Numbered from the stretch's first letter, positions 36,268 through 47,016 are shown. The stretch is DNA of 64,000 nt from Candidatus Adlerbacteria bacterium GW2011_GWA1_54_10 (GCA_001004665.1 LCRO01000001.1:483-64482); one strand, 5' to 3'. Notes: generated from the sequence alone by a model not told the origin. Translations and numbers: made by a program.

Positions 36268-36949
36268 CGAATATAGACCTTACATAGTATACGCGAAGCG
36301 GCGCGAGACGCCGACTGTAGTTGAGCTCTCGCTCGAGCCGCAGGATGGCGTTCGGCCGGATTTCATACCGGGGCAGTTCGTCAATATTTCCCTTCCGGAA
36401 GTCGGGCCTGAAGCGAAGTCCTATACCATAGCAAGCACTCCGCTCGATGAGCTCATTGTCGTTGCCGTACGCGAGGCCGGCGATTTTTCGCAAGCACTAT
36501 GTGGACGGAAAGTGGGAGAAGAAGTCTTGCTTTCGGAGCCGCTGGGCTATTTTTATCCGGAGGATGCCCAAACACCGCGCGTCTTTGTGGCCGGCGGGAT
36601 AGGCGTAATGCCATTCGTTTCCATCGCGCGCGCCGGCAGCGGCGCATCGACAATACTTCTTTACAGCAATCGCGCCGCGCACGATGTTCCTTTCCATGCC
36701 ATGTTGTCGGAGCTGGAGCGGGAGAATAAAAATTTTTCGGTCAAGCATTTCATCACGCGGGAGAACAGTCCTCTCCATGGCGCAGTAAACGGCCGCATCG
36801 GTCCGGAGCATTTGGCGCGGGCCCTACAAGATTATCCGGAAGGTAATTTCTTCCTCTGCGGCTCCATAATCTTTGTCCGGGATATGCGCTTAGTCCTCAA
36901 GGATCTTTTTGTGCCGGAAGAGAGGATATACACAGAGTCTTTTTTCTGA
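36230..36949 (+). CDS. FAD/NAD(P)-binding oxidoreductase (ferredoxin-reductase-like fold).
   Basis: FAD-binding RxYS-like motif KSYTIASTP. NAD-binding VFVAGGIGVMPFVS. 239 aa. No Fe-S motif, so the specific function is not assignable. Confidence 0.6.
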   Translation: MKRYSIMRLRMNNEYRPYIVYAKRRETPTVVELSLEPQDGVRPDFIPGQFVNISLPEVGPEAKSYTIASTPLDELIVVAVREAGDFSQALCGRKVGEEVLLSEPLGYFYPEDAQTPRVFVAGGIGVMPFVSIARAGSGASTILLYSNRAAHDVPFHAMLSELERENKNFSVKHFITRENSPLHGAVNGRIGPEHLARALQDYPEGNFFLCGSIIFVRDMRLVLKDLFVPEERIYTESFF

Positions 36950-36977
36950 CCGTCGCTACTTGATATAGTTACAGAAT

Positions 36978-37445
36978 ATGAACAAAGCATATTTGGCCAC
37001 TGCGGCTCTCCGCATTGTGCTGGGCTGGTACATGTTATTTGCCGGCATAGAAAAAATTCTTGATCCCGGCTGGACGGCACAGGGTTTTCTTATGGGAGCC
37101 AAAACATTTCCCGAGTTTTATGCATGGTTCGCCGCTCCAGCCCAGTCGTGGTGGGTGGATCCGCTCAACGCGTGGGGCATAACTTTGATAGGGGTCGCCC
37201 TGCTCCTAGGCGTCTTCGTGCGCCCGGCCGCGCTCGCGGGCGCCGCGCTTATGTTCCTATACTATTTCCCGCAGGTGACATATCCGTTCACTCTGCCGCA
37301 CGGATTCATTGTCGATGACCACATAATAAACGCCGCGGCGTTCCTGGCAATCGCATTCTCTCCGATGGCGCGGCGCTACGGGCTCGCCCAAAAACTGCAG
37401 GAAACTTTTATTGCGCGCATTCCGCTTATCCGCTCGCTAGTTTAG
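36978..37445 (+). CDS. DoxX-family membrane protein.
   Basis: LRIVLGWYMLFAGIEKILDPGW and further TM helices typical of DoxX. 155 aa. Confidence 0.7.
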   Translation: MNKAYLATAALRIVLGWYMLFAGIEKILDPGWTAQGFLMGAKTFPEFYAWFAAPAQSWWVDPLNAWGITLIGVALLLGVFVRPAALAGAALMFLYYFPQVTYPFTLPHGFIVDDHIINAAAFLAIAFSPMARRYGLAQKLQETFIARIPLIRSLV

Positions 37446-37768
37446 AATTCCGGTGCTGTAGCGAATGTGCGCGGCAAGAGATGAAAATGCACGTGAGGTA
37501 CGTCCTTCCCGACTATGGATACTTGCACAAGGTCGGCTCCGTGATTTTCTTTCAATTCCCGAGCGAGCCGTTTCGTTGCGCGGAAAACATGATCTGAAAG
37601 TTCGTCCGGCATTTCATAAAACCAGCGATAGTGCGTTTTTGGAATGAGGAGCGAATGTCCCGGCGCTTTAGGGTGGATATCCAAAAACGCCAGCACTTCC
37701 TTGTCCTCATATACTTTGGTCGATGGAATCTCGCCTGCGACAATTTTGCAAAAAACGCAGTCTTGCAT
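37442..37768 (-). CDS. HIT (histidine triad) family hydrolase.
   Basis: MQDCVFCKIVAGEIPS... and the HxHxHxx motif VHFHLLP. Start placed at Met-130 of the 237-aa ORF 37442..38155. The upstream 129 aa are Arg/Ser-rich low complexity, with no support as coding. Confidence 0.75.
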   Translation of the reverse strand: MQDCVFCKIVAGEIPSTKVYEDKEVLAFLDIHPKAPGHSLLIPKTHYRWFYEMPDELSDHVFRATKRLARELKENHGADLVQVSIVGKDVPHVHFHLLPRTFATAPEF

Positions 37769-37785
37769 GCCGTATACTATAGCAA

Positions 37786-39543
37786 ATGGCGCAATACAAA
37801 TTACGGGAGCGGCGGCATGAGAATTTGCTTGACGATCTGTTGCTTGCCCGAGGCGTCGCGCCGGAGGAGAAAGAAATTTTTTTGAATCCCGATTTCGAGC
37901 GCGACTCACATGACCCGCTTTTGCTCCCCGATATGGGGTGTGCGGTCGAGCGGATACTGTCCGCGAAAAAAAATAACGAAAAAACGGCGGTTTGGAGCGA
38001 CTACGACTGCGACGGCATACCTGGCGGCGCGATGCTCGCGGAATTTTTGCGCACGCTCGGTATGCAGGTCGTCCATTACATCCCGCATCGGCATGAGGAG
38101 GGGTACGGTTTGAATGTATCGGGCATAGACAAGCTGAAGAAGCAAAACGTATCACTTATCATTACCGTCGACTTGGGCACTGCCGACCATGGATGCATTT
38201 CGCATGCGAAAAGTGAAAATATCGACACAATAGTTACCGACCATCACCTGGTGCCGATGGCAAAACAAGCCGAGACGAGCATTGCGCAGCGCGACGGCGC
38301 GAGCATAGCAAATTTCCAGCAGGAAATTATGCGCGCGAGGCGAGGCTTGGTTTTGCCGGAGGCTTTAGCGGTCATTAATCCAAAGCGTGCAGACAGCAAG
38401 TATCCGTTCCCCGACCTTTGCGGCGCGGGGGTCGCGTGGAAGCTGATACAAGCGATATTGCAAAAAATTAGAGCGTCGGGGCAACCCTTCGACTACGCTC
38501 AAGGTAAAGAAAAATGGCTTTTGGATTTGGTCGGGCTCGCGACGCTCTCGGACATGGTGCCCTTGCTGGGAGAGAATCGCATGCTCGCGCATTTTGGCCT
38601 GCGCGTCCTGCGCCGAGCGAGGCGCCCCGGTCTTTCGGCGCTCTTTAGCCTTCTGCGCATTAAGCCCGCAACTCTCACAGAGGACGACGTCGGCTTTATG
38701 ATATCGCCGCGCATAAACGCCGCATCGCGAATGGACTCTCCCGAGCTGGCCGCGCGCCTGCTTATAGCGCGCAGCGCAGAGGAAGCGCTCCCGCTTGCCA
38801 AGGAACTCGACAAGATCAATGACGAGCGCAAAGGGCTTGTCGCGGCCACGGTCAAAGAGGTCAACAAGCGCCTCAACCTTGCCGGAGCGGTGGGCGACCT
38901 AGTGGTGATGGGGAGCCCAAGTTGGCGTCCGGGCATACTGGGCCTCGTGGCTAACTCGCTGGTAGAGCATCGCGGCGGCACGGTGTGCTTGTGGGGGCGC
39001 GAAGGGGGCGAGATGATACGCGGCAGCTGCCGAAGCGGCGAAGTCAATATAGTGGAGCTGATGGGCGAGGCGGGCGGGCTCGAGGAGTTCGGAGGGCACC
39101 GGGGGTCGGGCGGATTTTCGGTCGGCGAGGGGCAGGTACACGAGCTTTCGGCGCGATTCTCCGCCGCGTACGAAAAGGTTCGCGCGCAAACGAGCGCGGC
39201 GCAGGAAATATTTATAGACCGCGAACTCGATCTTGCCGAGGCGTCTCACGCGCAAAAAAATCTGGAGCGCCTCGCTCCGTTCGGGATCGGTTTTGAAAAG
39301 CCGCTGTTTATCTTCCCTGGAGTTTCCATAGGAGGCATTCGTGCATTCGGCAAACAGCAAAATCACTTGGAACTGCGTCTCTCGCGCCACTCGACCCCGC
39401 TTGGGATAAACGGCATAGCATTTTTCTCGGGTATTGATTCTTTTTCCAAAAAAATTGCGGCGGGAGACAGCGCCGACATAGTGGGGCACATAGAGCGCGA
39501 TTGGCGCGGTGCCCCACGTCTGCGCATCGTTGATGTTATTTGA
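37786..39543 (+). CDS. recJ: Single-stranded-DNA-specific exonuclease RecJ.
   Basis: DHH motifs VWSDYDCDGIPGGAML and ITVDLGTADHGCISHAKSENIDTIVTDHH, plus a DHHA1 region. 585 aa. Confidence 0.88.
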   Translation: MAQYKLRERRHENLLDDLLLARGVAPEEKEIFLNPDFERDSHDPLLLPDMGCAVERILSAKKNNEKTAVWSDYDCDGIPGGAMLAEFLRTLGMQVVHYIPHRHEEGYGLNVSGIDKLKKQNVSLIITVDLGTADHGCISHAKSENIDTIVTDHHLVPMAKQAETSIAQRDGASIANFQQEIMRARRGLVLPEALAVINPKRADSKYPFPDLCGAGVAWKLIQAILQKIRASGQPFDYAQGKEKWLLDLVGLATLSDMVPLLGENRMLAHFGLRVLRRARRPGLSALFSLLRIKPATLTEDDVGFMISPRINAASRMDSPELAARLLIARSAEEALPLAKELDKINDERKGLVAATVKEVNKRLNLAGAVGDLVVMGSPSWRPGILGLVANSLVEHRGGTVCLWGREGGEMIRGSCRSGEVNIVELMGEAGGLEEFGGHRGSGGFSVGEGQVHELSARFSAAYEKVRAQTSAAQEIFIDRELDLAEASHAQKNLERLAPFGIGFEKPLFIFPGVSIGGIRAFGKQQNHLELRLSRHSTPLGINGIAFFSGIDSFSKKIAAGDSADIVGHIERDWRGAPRLRIVDVI

Positions 39544-39547
39544 AAGC

Positions 39548-39970
39548 ATGGAGAAAATAATTATCTACACCGACGGGGGGGCGCGGGGGAATCCTGGACC
39601 CGCGGGCATCGGCGTGGTGATTCAGGACGAAAATGGAGAAACGCTGAAAGAAGTTTCCGGATATATCGGTGAGACTACTAATAATCAGGCCGAGTACGAG
39701 GCGCTTGTACACGCCCTGGGGGAAGCAAAAAAAATTTTTGGCGCAAAGCTGCGCGAGATGCAAATAGAAGTGCGCATGGACAGCGAACTTGTGGTGCGCC
39801 AGCTCTCCGGGCTTTACAAGGTCAAGGAGCCCGGGCTCAAAGAGCAGTTCGCGCGCGTCGCGAGGATACGGCTTGAGGACGCCCCTAATATCATTTTTAC
39901 CCACGTGCGCAGGGAAAAAAATAAGCAGGCTGACAAGCTGGTGAACAAAGCGATTGATGCGGCGCAATAA
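39548..39970 (+). CDS. rnhA: Ribonuclease HI.
   Basis: IIIYTDGGARGNPGPAGIGVVI ... TNNQAEYEALVHAL ... D-E-D-D active-site pattern. Start taken at MEKII inside ORF 39509..39970. Confidence 0.85.
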   Translation: MEKIIIYTDGGARGNPGPAGIGVVIQDENGETLKEVSGYIGETTNNQAEYEALVHALGEAKKIFGAKLREMQIEVRMDSELVVRQLSGLYKVKEPGLKEQFARVARIRLEDAPNIIFTHVRREKNKQADKLVNKAIDAAQ

Positions 39971-41294
39971 ACTCGTTCTACTGTTTTTGCTCGCCGCGAC
40001 GATTTTTGTTTTTCGCATTGAATTCTTTTTGCAAAGCGAGCGAGAGCGCTCGGTCGCGCCGTATATAGGACCGGCAGTTGTCGAGGGAGAGGTCGCGGGC
40101 GACCCCGAGCGGCGCGCGTCAAGCCTGCATGCGCAGATAGAAGTCTCCAGGGTAAATAACGGGCCAGCGGCCGGAAGACTGCTTTCGATATTTCCACCCG
40201 GGGCCGCGCTCTCGTACGGAGACCGCGTTACAGTGCGCGGAAAAATAGAATTGCCGGAAGCGTTCGAGACGGATACGGGCAGAGTCTTCGATTATTCCGG
40301 CTACCTGCGTGCGCACGGAGTTTCGGCTCTCATGCAAAATGCGACATTGGTAAAGCGCGAAGCAGGAGGATGGTCCGTGCAGGTGGCGCTGTATGGACTA
40401 AAGCACTCGTTCGAGCGCGCGATAGAACGCGCTCTGCCCGAGCCGCAAAGCTCGCTACTCCAAGGAATAACTCTCGGCGAGAGGCGCGGCATATCCGAGG
40501 AACTCAATCGGGCGTTCGTAGTTTCCGGACTCGTGCACGTGGTCGTGCTCTCCGGCTATAATATCTCCATAGTCGCGCTGGCGATTTTTTATTTGTTCGG
40601 TTTTTTGCCGCGTCGCGCCGGGCTTTTCGCGGGCGCATTCGCGATGATTTTATTTGTCCTTATGATAGGTGCCGGAGCGACAGCCTTGCGCGCACTCTTA
40701 ATGGGCCTAATAGGGGTGCTCGCGCAACTTTTGCGGCGGCCTCGTCTTGCACTGCGCAGTCTCGGAGCGGCTGGCGCGGCGATGTTCCTCTGGAATCCGG
40801 CAGTATTTTACGATCCTTCTTTCGTACTCTCGATGCTTGCGACCTTCGGCCTTATCACGCTCGCCCCGTCGGTTGAGAAAATATTTTCTTTTCTTCCTGA
40901 ATGGGGAGTTCTACATGCACGCTCCATCGCCGCTTCGACCGTTGCCGTGCAGATCTATATTCTGCCCGCACTCCTTTATTACATCGGCGTACTTTCTTTT
41001 GCCGCACTGCCGGCCAACATGGCGGCGCTGCCCGTTGTCGCTGGCGCGATGTTCGGCGGCTTTATTACCGGCATTTTGGGAATGATAAACGGCACGCTGG
41101 CGTTCCTGCCCGCGCTCTTGACCAATATGCTCTTGCGCTGGATCGAGTTCGTCGCCACAACGGCCGCGTCATTTCCGCTCTCATCAACCGTTATTCCCGC
41201 ATTCCCAATGTGGGCTGCAGTAGTTATTTATGTGCCACTGACTTTTATTGCGACGAGGCTTTATCGAAGCGCTTCTCCATCACGCCCCAATTAA
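39954..41294 (+). CDS. comEC: ComEC/Rec2-family DNA internalisation channel (competence domain only).
   Basis: DUF4131-like N-terminal domain, then the competence domain with AFVVSGLVHVVVLSGYNISIV and multiple TM helices. 446 aa. No C-terminal metallo-beta-lactamase domain. Confidence 0.8.
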   Translation: MMRRNKLVLLFLLAATIFVFRIEFFLQSERERSVAPYIGPAVVEGEVAGDPERRASSLHAQIEVSRVNNGPAAGRLLSIFPPGAALSYGDRVTVRGKIELPEAFETDTGRVFDYSGYLRAHGVSALMQNATLVKREAGGWSVQVALYGLKHSFERAIERALPEPQSSLLQGITLGERRGISEELNRAFVVSGLVHVVVLSGYNISIVALAIFYLFGFLPRRAGLFAGAFAMILFVLMIGAGATALRALLMGLIGVLAQLLRRPRLALRSLGAAGAAMFLWNPAVFYDPSFVLSMLATFGLITLAPSVEKIFSFLPEWGVLHARSIAASTVAVQIYILPALLYYIGVLSFAALPANMAALPVVAGAMFGGFITGILGMINGTLAFLPALLTNMLLRWIEFVATTAASFPLSSTVIPAFPMWAAVVIYVPLTFIATRLYRSASPSRPN

Positions 41295-41838
41295 GATTTT
41301 TGAAGAACGCGTCAATATATTTGCCCTTGCCCTGCGCGCCGCAGTCAAGAATGTACGCATGCTCCCAGACGTCGAGCGCCAAAATGACGGGCAATGTTAC
41401 AAAATGTCCCCGATGCTGCTCTCCCGAAAATCCCATGTGGAAAATTTTCGCCTCCGGATCGAAGTAAAGCAGGGCCCACCCGGGGCCGCGCATAAGGCCG
41501 ACGTTTTTCATAAACGCGATGACCTGCCCGAAGGAGCCGTACTGCTTCTCAAGCGTTGTCTTGAGGGAGCCCCCGGAAATTTCTCTCGCCCCACCCTTCC
41601 ATTGCGCGAAATAGAGCTCGTGGAGCCGCATTCCGCCGAATTCGAACGACAGCCGCCGCTCAAGCTCCGACAATGCATGCGCATTTTCCTCCGGATCGGC
41701 CATTAGCTTCCCCATGAGCGCGATCATACCGTTGAAATTTTTTACGTAACCCTCATATAGCCCGAGATGTTCCTCGACGGATTTTTGCGAAATACCATCG
41801 AGCGCGGGCAAGTCGAACTTTTTTTCTAAATATTGCAT
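41245..41838 (-). CDS. sodA: Fe/Mn superoxide dismutase.
   Basis: FDLPALDG N-terminus. Metal-binding DVWEHAYILD motif. ORF extends to 41901 but the SOD-like start is MQYLEKKFDLP at 41838. Confidence 0.85.
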   Translation of the reverse strand: MQYLEKKFDLPALDGISQKSVEEHLGLYEGYVKNFNGMIALMGKLMADPEENAHALSELERRLSFEFGGMRLHELYFAQWKGGAREISGGSLKTTLEKQYGSFGQVIAFMKNVGLMRGPGWALLYFDPEAKIFHMGFSGEQHRGHFVTLPVILALDVWEHAYILDCGAQGKGKYIDAFFKNLNWGVMEKRFDKASSQ

Positions 41839-41901
41839 ATGCCTTAAGAGTAGCAAAAATACACTTAAAAATAAGGTGAATTTGGGGATATCCGAACCCA
41901 C

Positions 41902-42174
41902 TTGCGCTGTATTATGGATTGTGATATAATAGTAAAAGGTCCGCAGGAGGGGAGAGAAATGAAGTTTTTTGTTATTGTTACGGTCGCGGCCATATTTGGG
42001 TTGGCAATCGGCTTCTCGCCGATTGCGCCGGCGTTGTTAGTTACGTTCTTGCTGGTTCACAAACCAGCGCGAGCGGAAGTTCCTCCGCCGATACAGTTTA
42101 TCGACCGAAGTAAAAAAGGACCGCGGCTGGACTACAAGCCGCGCATCTGGTCGTCAGCGAGGGAGTATGCTTGA
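41902..42174 (+). CDS. Small membrane protein, hypothetical.
   Basis: Contains MKFFVIVTVAAIFGLAIGFSPIAPALLVTFLLV TM hairpin. 90-aa ORF; the start is probably at the internal MKFF. Confidence 0.3.
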   Translation: MRCIMDCDIIVKGPQEGREMKFFVIVTVAAIFGLAIGFSPIAPALLVTFLLVHKPARAEVPPPIQFIDRSKKGPRLDYKPRIWSSAREYA

Positions 42175-42177
42175 TGT

Positions 42178-42846
42178 ATGCTCCCGCCACCCAAAAGCGC
42201 TCCGATATTGATTGTCGGCGCGCTTTTTTTATTTTGTGTCGCTGTTTGGAGTATTGCACTTGCACCCGCGTCCGATGCGGTCAAAAAAATCGACGCGCGC
42301 GTGTTCGGATCGCCGACCGACGAAAGCCGCACGCGCATGGACGTTCTGCTTGCGGAGCACATAGGCGGACCGGAGCTCGCAAAAAGGAGCAAAACATCCG
42401 GCTGTGCCGTGCGAGGCCCGTTTCCGGACCGCGCATGCACGCCCGGCTCGGTGTTCGAGAGCGCGACGACAAGCGTGATATGCGTTTCCGGCTACACCAA
42501 AAAGGTGCGCAGTGTCTCCGATAAATTGCGCAGGCAAATTTACTCCTCGTACGACATAGCGTATCCACAGCCCACAGGCTCTTACGAGCTCGACCATCTT
42601 ATCCCGCTCGCGCTCGGCGGCGACAACAGCACCGCGAACCTGTTCCCCGAGGCGGCGGAACCCGCGCCGGGGTTTAAAGAAAAAGACGTTGTGGAAGTCT
42701 ACTTGTACGAAGAGGTTTGCGCCGGCCGGCTCCCGCTTGCGGCGGCGCAGAGGCAAATAGCCGCGGACTGGCTCTCCGTTTACAAAGCGTTGGACCCCGC
42801 TGTCGCCGCGCGGATAAAACAAAAATACAGGAGCTGGTCGAATTAA
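42178..42846 (+). CDS. Membrane-anchored protein with a C-terminal HNH-nuclease-like motif; putative extracellular nuclease.
   Basis: N-terminal TM ILIVGALFLFCVAVWSIALA, Cys-containing middle region, and YELDHLIPLALGGDNSTANLFPE, which matches the HNH His-Asn-His core. Confidence 0.55.
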   Translation: MLPPPKSAPILIVGALFLFCVAVWSIALAPASDAVKKIDARVFGSPTDESRTRMDVLLAEHIGGPELAKRSKTSGCAVRGPFPDRACTPGSVFESATTSVICVSGYTKKVRSVSDKLRRQIYSSYDIAYPQPTGSYELDHLIPLALGGDNSTANLFPEAAEPAPGFKEKDVVEVYLYEEVCAGRLPLAAAQRQIAADWLSVYKALDPAVAARIKQKYRSWSN

Positions 42847-43085
42847 ATAACGCCAGCCTCTTTGAGCGCCTTATAAGCGCCTTTTTTTTGGAGGGTGCGC
42901 ATGCCCTTGGTAGAAAGCGTCAGCGCCACCGTGCGACCGAGCTCCGGCACGAAGATGCGTTTTTTCTGCAGGTTGGCCTTCATCCGGTATTTGCCGGAAG
43001 GATTGAATTTGGTTGCGCGAATGCGGTTGCTGTATTTGCCCGCAACCTTCGAGCTTTTTTTGGTGATGGGGCAGATTTTGGCCAT
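42843..43085 (-). CDS. rpmB: 50S ribosomal protein L28.
   Basis: 80 aa. MAKICPITKKSSKVAGKYSNRIRATKFNP... L28 signature. Confidence 0.88.
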   Translation of the reverse strand: MAKICPITKKSSKVAGKYSNRIRATKFNPSGKYRMKANLQKKRIFVPELGRTVALTLSTKGMRTLQKKGAYKALKEAGVI

Positions 43086-43165
43086 GTTTTTTAAAAAGAC
43101 GACACCTTGCGGCTTGCCGAAAGGTGTCGCCTTGACGGCTCGAATGGTATCATGTTTCCAATCGT

Positions 43166-43804
43166 ATGCAAATAGATATTGTCTTTGGGATAGTCATACT
43201 CATTTTTTCCGTGATACTACACGAAGTAGCGCACGGCTATATGGCGAATTATCTCGGCGACCCAACTGCGCGGCTTATGGGGCGCCTGACCCTTAACCCG
43301 TTTCCGCACATAGACCTGCTCGGCTCAATAATTTTGCCTGCCGTGCTTGTAATCGCCGGCTCGCCGCTCCTTATCGGCTATGCCAAGCCCGTACCGTATA
43401 ACCCGTACAATCTTCGCGGGCGCTTCGGCGAGGCACTAGTGGCATTTGCCGGCCCGGGGACGAACATCCTGCTTGCGGTAATATTCGGCCTGCTCATACG
43501 AGTCTTCGGGGCGGGGCTCGACTCGGGGCTCCTTGATGCGCTTGCGACCATTGTTTACATAAACATGCTGCTCGCGCTCTTTAACCTGATACCCATACCT
43601 CCGCTCGACGGCTCCAAGATACTGTCCGGCATACTGCCGGAGGCGCTCGGGCGCGCGTATGACAGCTTCCGCTTCAACTTCGAGCAGTTGGGGGTCCTGT
43701 CCGGCACGCTCCTTATATTGATAGTATTCTACTTCCTTGCGCCGTACTTTTTTGTCTCCATTTTACTACCGATATTCAGATTTTTGACAGGAGGAGGATT
43801 TTAG
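43166..43804 (+). CDS. Site-2-protease-class zinc metalloprotease (peptidase M50).
   Basis: HEVAHGYMA HExxH in a TM helix and LFNLIPIPPLDGSKIL (NxxPxxxLDG) motif. 212 aa. Confidence 0.85.
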   Translation: MQIDIVFGIVILIFSVILHEVAHGYMANYLGDPTARLMGRLTLNPFPHIDLLGSIILPAVLVIAGSPLLIGYAKPVPYNPYNLRGRFGEALVAFAGPGTNILLAVIFGLLIRVFGAGLDSGLLDALATIVYINMLLALFNLIPIPPLDGSKILSGILPEALGRAYDSFRFNFEQLGVLSGTLLILIVFYFLAPYFFVSILLPIFRFLTGGGF

Positions 43805-43845
43805 GGTAACTTTTCCTTAACGCGCGCCGCGCGTTTTCTTTAGAA

Positions 43846-44253
43846 ATGGCACGAATATCCCAGCTTGCCCGCAAGGGACGCAAACAATTTAACCGGAAAT
43901 CGAAGGCGCCGGCGCTCCAGCGCGGCTTCAACACGCTCAAAAATCGCCCGGTCTTCTATCCATCGCCCTTCAAGCGCGGAGTATGCACTAAAGTAACTAC
44001 GACGACACCGCGCAAGCCCAACTCCGCCATACGTAAAATAGCGCGCGTGCGGCTTACCAACGGGCAGGAGATAACGGCTTATATTCCCGGCGAGGGGCAC
44101 AACCTGCAGGAGCACTCGGTGGTCTTGGTCCGCGCGGGGCGAGTCAAGGACATCAATGTGCGCTACCAGATAGTGCGCGGCAAGCTCGATGCCGCGGGCC
44201 TAGAGAAGCGCCGCGTGTCGCGCTCGCGTTATGGCGGCAAGAGGCCGAAATAA
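43846..44253 (+). CDS. rpsL: 30S ribosomal protein S12.
   Basis: [48 protein letters not shown]-type signature. Heads the str operon. Confidence 0.95.
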   Translation: MARISQLARKGRKQFNRKSKAPALQRGFNTLKNRPVFYPSPFKRGVCTKVTTTTPRKPNSAIRKIARVRLTNGQEITAYIPGEGHNLQEHSVVLVRAGRVKDINVRYQIVRGKLDAAGLEKRRVSRSRYGGKRPK

Positions 44254-44287
44254 TCCTTCGACAAGCTCAGGATAAATTAAGAAATTT
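44254..44287 (+). repeat. Conserved intercistronic motif copy (ccttcgacaagctcaggataaattaagaaatttATG) upstream of rpsG.
   Basis: One of four near-identical intergenic segments in the ribosomal operon; the others are at 51342, 52634 and 54949. Confidence 0.7.
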
Positions 44288-44758
44288 ATGCGCAGACCCG
44301 TAAAAAACAGAAACATCGTCGGCTCGGACCTTAGATATAATTCGACCAAAGTCGAGAAGTTCATCAATTCGCTCATGTGGAGCGGCAAGAAGTCGACCGC
44401 GCGCAAAGTGGTGTACGACGCATTCGATATTGTTAAGGAAAAAACCAAGACGGAAGACCCGCTAGAGATATTCGAGACGGCTTTGCGCAATGTCGGACCG
44501 CAGATGGAGGTGCGTTCGCGCCGCATCGGCGGCGCCAACTACCAAGTGCCCCGCGAGGTGCGCCCCGAGCGCAAGCAGGCGCTTGCGTTCCGGTGGATAC
44601 TCACGGTCGCGCGCGGCGGCAAGAGGGGGCCCATGGCGGAAAAATTGGCCGCGGAGATAATCGCCGCGGCCAATAATGAAGGCTCGGCTGTAAAGAAAAA
44701 AGAAGATACCCACAAAATGGCCGAGTCCAACAAAGCCTTCGCCCACTTCGCGTGGTAG
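44288..44758 (+). CDS. rpsG: 30S ribosomal protein S7.
   Basis: 156 aa S7 signature ([15 protein letters not shown]...), positioned between rpsL and fusA. Confidence 0.95.
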   Translation: MRRPVKNRNIVGSDLRYNSTKVEKFINSLMWSGKKSTARKVVYDAFDIVKEKTKTEDPLEIFETALRNVGPQMEVRSRRIGGANYQVPREVRPERKQALAFRWILTVARGGKRGPMAEKLAAEIIAAANNEGSAVKKKEDTHKMAESNKAFAHFAW

Positions 44759-44788
44759 ATCGCCCCCAATATTTATAGGATTTTACTT

Positions 44789-46939
44789 ATGCCAACACGG
44801 GACTATCCGCTCGAAAAAGTTCGCAATTTCGGTATCATCGCGCATATAGACGCGGGCAAGACGACTACGTCCGAGCGCGTGCTTTTTTATACCGGTAGCC
44901 AGCATAAAATCGGCGAGGTGCATGAGGGCGAGACGACGACCGACTGGATGGAGCAGGAGAGAGAGCGCGGCATCACGATAACCGCGGCGGCTATCACCTG
45001 CTTTTGGAGCAAGACCGGAGAGACCGATAAGAAAGATATATCCAAGAAGTACCGCTTCAATATTATAGACACGCCGGGGCACATAGACTTTACAGCCGAG
45101 GTGAAACGCTCCATGCGCGTCCTAGACGGCGCGGTCGTCGTCTTTGATGGCGTGGCTGGCGTCGAGCCGCAGAGCGAGACCAACTGGCGCTATGCCGACG
45201 AGGCCCAGGTGCCGCGGATCTGCTTTATAAACAAGCTCGACCGCATGGGCGCGTCTTTTGAAAAATCCTACGCGTCCATTCTGGACCGGCTCTCAAAAAA
45301 CGCAGTGCGGATGCAAATGCCGATAGGCGCGGAAGAAAAGTTCGAGGGCGTCATAGACCTGCTTTCGATGAAGGCGTACAAATTCGAGGGCAGGATGGGA
45401 GAGGATGTTGTCGAAACGAAGATTTCGGAGAGTTATAAGAACGATGCCGCCGCGTACCGCGCGGAGCTTGTCGAAAAAATAGTCGAGCAGGACGACCGAC
45501 TCCTGCAGGATTATCTGGAAGGCAAAGAGCCGACGATGGATCAGTTAAAGACCACACTTCGCAAGGCGGTCATAGACAACAAAATTTTTCCCGTATACAC
45601 GGGCTCGGCTCTTAAGAACAAGGGCGTACAGTTGGTGCTCGACGCGGTGGTGGATTATCTCCCTTCCCCACTCGAGATACCGCCGGTAAAAGGCATCAAT
45701 CCCAAGACCGGCGAAGAGGTGGTGCGCCATGCATCCGACGAGGAGCCGTTCTGCGCGCTCGCCTTTAAACTGCAGGCGGACCCATTCGTCGGTCAGCTTA
45801 CTTTCTTCCGAGTGTACTCCGGTACCATAGAGGCCGGTTCGTATCTTTACAACTCGACCACGGGCCAGAAAGAGCGGCTCGGCCGCATTGTGCGCCTGCA
45901 GGCGAACCAGCGCGAGGAAGTGAAAAAAGTTTACGCCGGCGAGATAGCGGCGGCGGTGGGGCTTAAGGACACTAAGACCAGTCACACGCTTTGCGACGAG
46001 AACAGCCCGATAGTCCTAGAGCAGATAAAATTCCCCGAGCCTGTCATATCCCTACGTATCGAGCCGAGGACCAAGGCCGACCAGGAGAAAATGGGCATCG
46101 CGCTAAAAAAGCTCTCCGACGAGGACCCGACCTTCAAGGTTACGACAGACCCCGAGACCTTGGAGACGCTTATCTCCGGCATGGGCGAGCTCCATCTGGA
46201 AATTCTGGTTGACCGCATGAAGCGCGAGTTCGGCGTCGAGGCGGACGTGGGCAAGCCGCAGGTCGCGTATCGCGAGACCATCCAAAAAGAGACCGAGGCG
46301 GAGGGCAAGTACATCAAGCAGACCGGCGGCCGCGGTCAGTACGGACACGTGCGGCTGCGCCTCAAGCCGCTTGCGCCCGTGGTGGAAGGCAAGAAGATAA
46401 GCAAGAACACGACGCGCGAAGAGCACTTCGAGTTCGTCAACAGCATAAAGGGCGGGGTTGTGCCGCAGGAGTACATACCCGCGGTCGAAAAGGGAGTGCG
46501 CGAGGCGATGGAGCGCGGCATCGTGGCGGGCTTCAAGATGGTGGACATTTCCTGCGAGCTCTACGACGGCTCCTATCACGATGTCGACTCTTCGGAAATC
46601 GCCTTCAAGATTGCGGCGTCAATGGGTTTTCAGGACGCGGCCAAGAACGCCAGACCCGTTCTGCTCGAACCGATAATGAAAGTTGAGGTCGTCGTGCCGG
46701 AGAAGTTCATGGGCGATATCACCGGCTCCCTAAACAGCAAGCGCGGGCAGATAGAGGGAATGGAGGAACGCGGCCTCGCGCGCGCCGTCAAAGCCAAGGT
46801 TCCGCTTGCGGAGATGTTCGGCTACACGACCGCATTGCGGAGCATGACCGAGGGCCGAGCTTCCTTCACTATGGAGTTCGACCACTATGAGGTCGTGCCT
46901 CCAAACGTTGCCCAGACGATAATTGCGGCGAGGAAATAA
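44789..46939 (+). CDS. fusA: Elongation factor G.
   Basis: G-domain motifs [21 protein letters not shown]; domains II-V. 716 aa. Confidence 0.95.
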   Translation: MPTRDYPLEKVRNFGIIAHIDAGKTTTSERVLFYTGSQHKIGEVHEGETTTDWMEQERERGITITAAAITCFWSKTGETDKKDISKKYRFNIIDTPGHIDFTAEVKRSMRVLDGAVVVFDGVAGVEPQSETNWRYADEAQVPRICFINKLDRMGASFEKSYASILDRLSKNAVRMQMPIGAEEKFEGVIDLLSMKAYKFEGRMGEDVVETKISESYKNDAAAYRAELVEKIVEQDDRLLQDYLEGKEPTMDQLKTTLRKAVIDNKIFPVYTGSALKNKGVQLVLDAVVDYLPSPLEIPPVKGINPKTGEEVVRHASDEEPFCALAFKLQADPFVGQLTFFRVYSGTIEAGSYLYNSTTGQKERLGRIVRLQANQREEVKKVYAGEIAAAVGLKDTKTSHTLCDENSPIVLEQIKFPEPVISLRIEPRTKADQEKMGIALKKLSDEDPTFKVTTDPETLETLISGMGELHLEILVDRMKREFGVEADVGKPQVAYRETIQKETEAEGKYIKQTGGRGQYGHVRLRLKPLAPVVEGKKISKNTTREEHFEFVNSIKGGVVPQEYIPAVEKGVREAMERGIVAGFKMVDISCELYDGSYHDVDSSEIAFKIAASMGFQDAAKNARPVLLEPIMKVEVVVPEKFMGDITGSLNSKRGQIEGMEERGLARAVKAKVPLAEMFGYTTALRSMTEGRASFTMEFDHYEVVPPNVAQTIIAARK

Positions 46940-47016
46940 ACCGCGCCGCGGCTTGTCAAAATTCGTAAGATATGGTAAGGTAATTACTCCTTATAAATTA
47001 AGGATTTATTGCTATT

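Noticed and set aside
37769-38155. N-terminal 129-aa extension of the 237-aa ORF containing the HIT protein.
   Set aside because: The extension is Arg/Ser/Pro-rich low complexity with no HIT-family counterpart. The conserved HIT N-terminus MQDCVFCKI begins at the internal Met. The extension would also run through the recJ promoter region.
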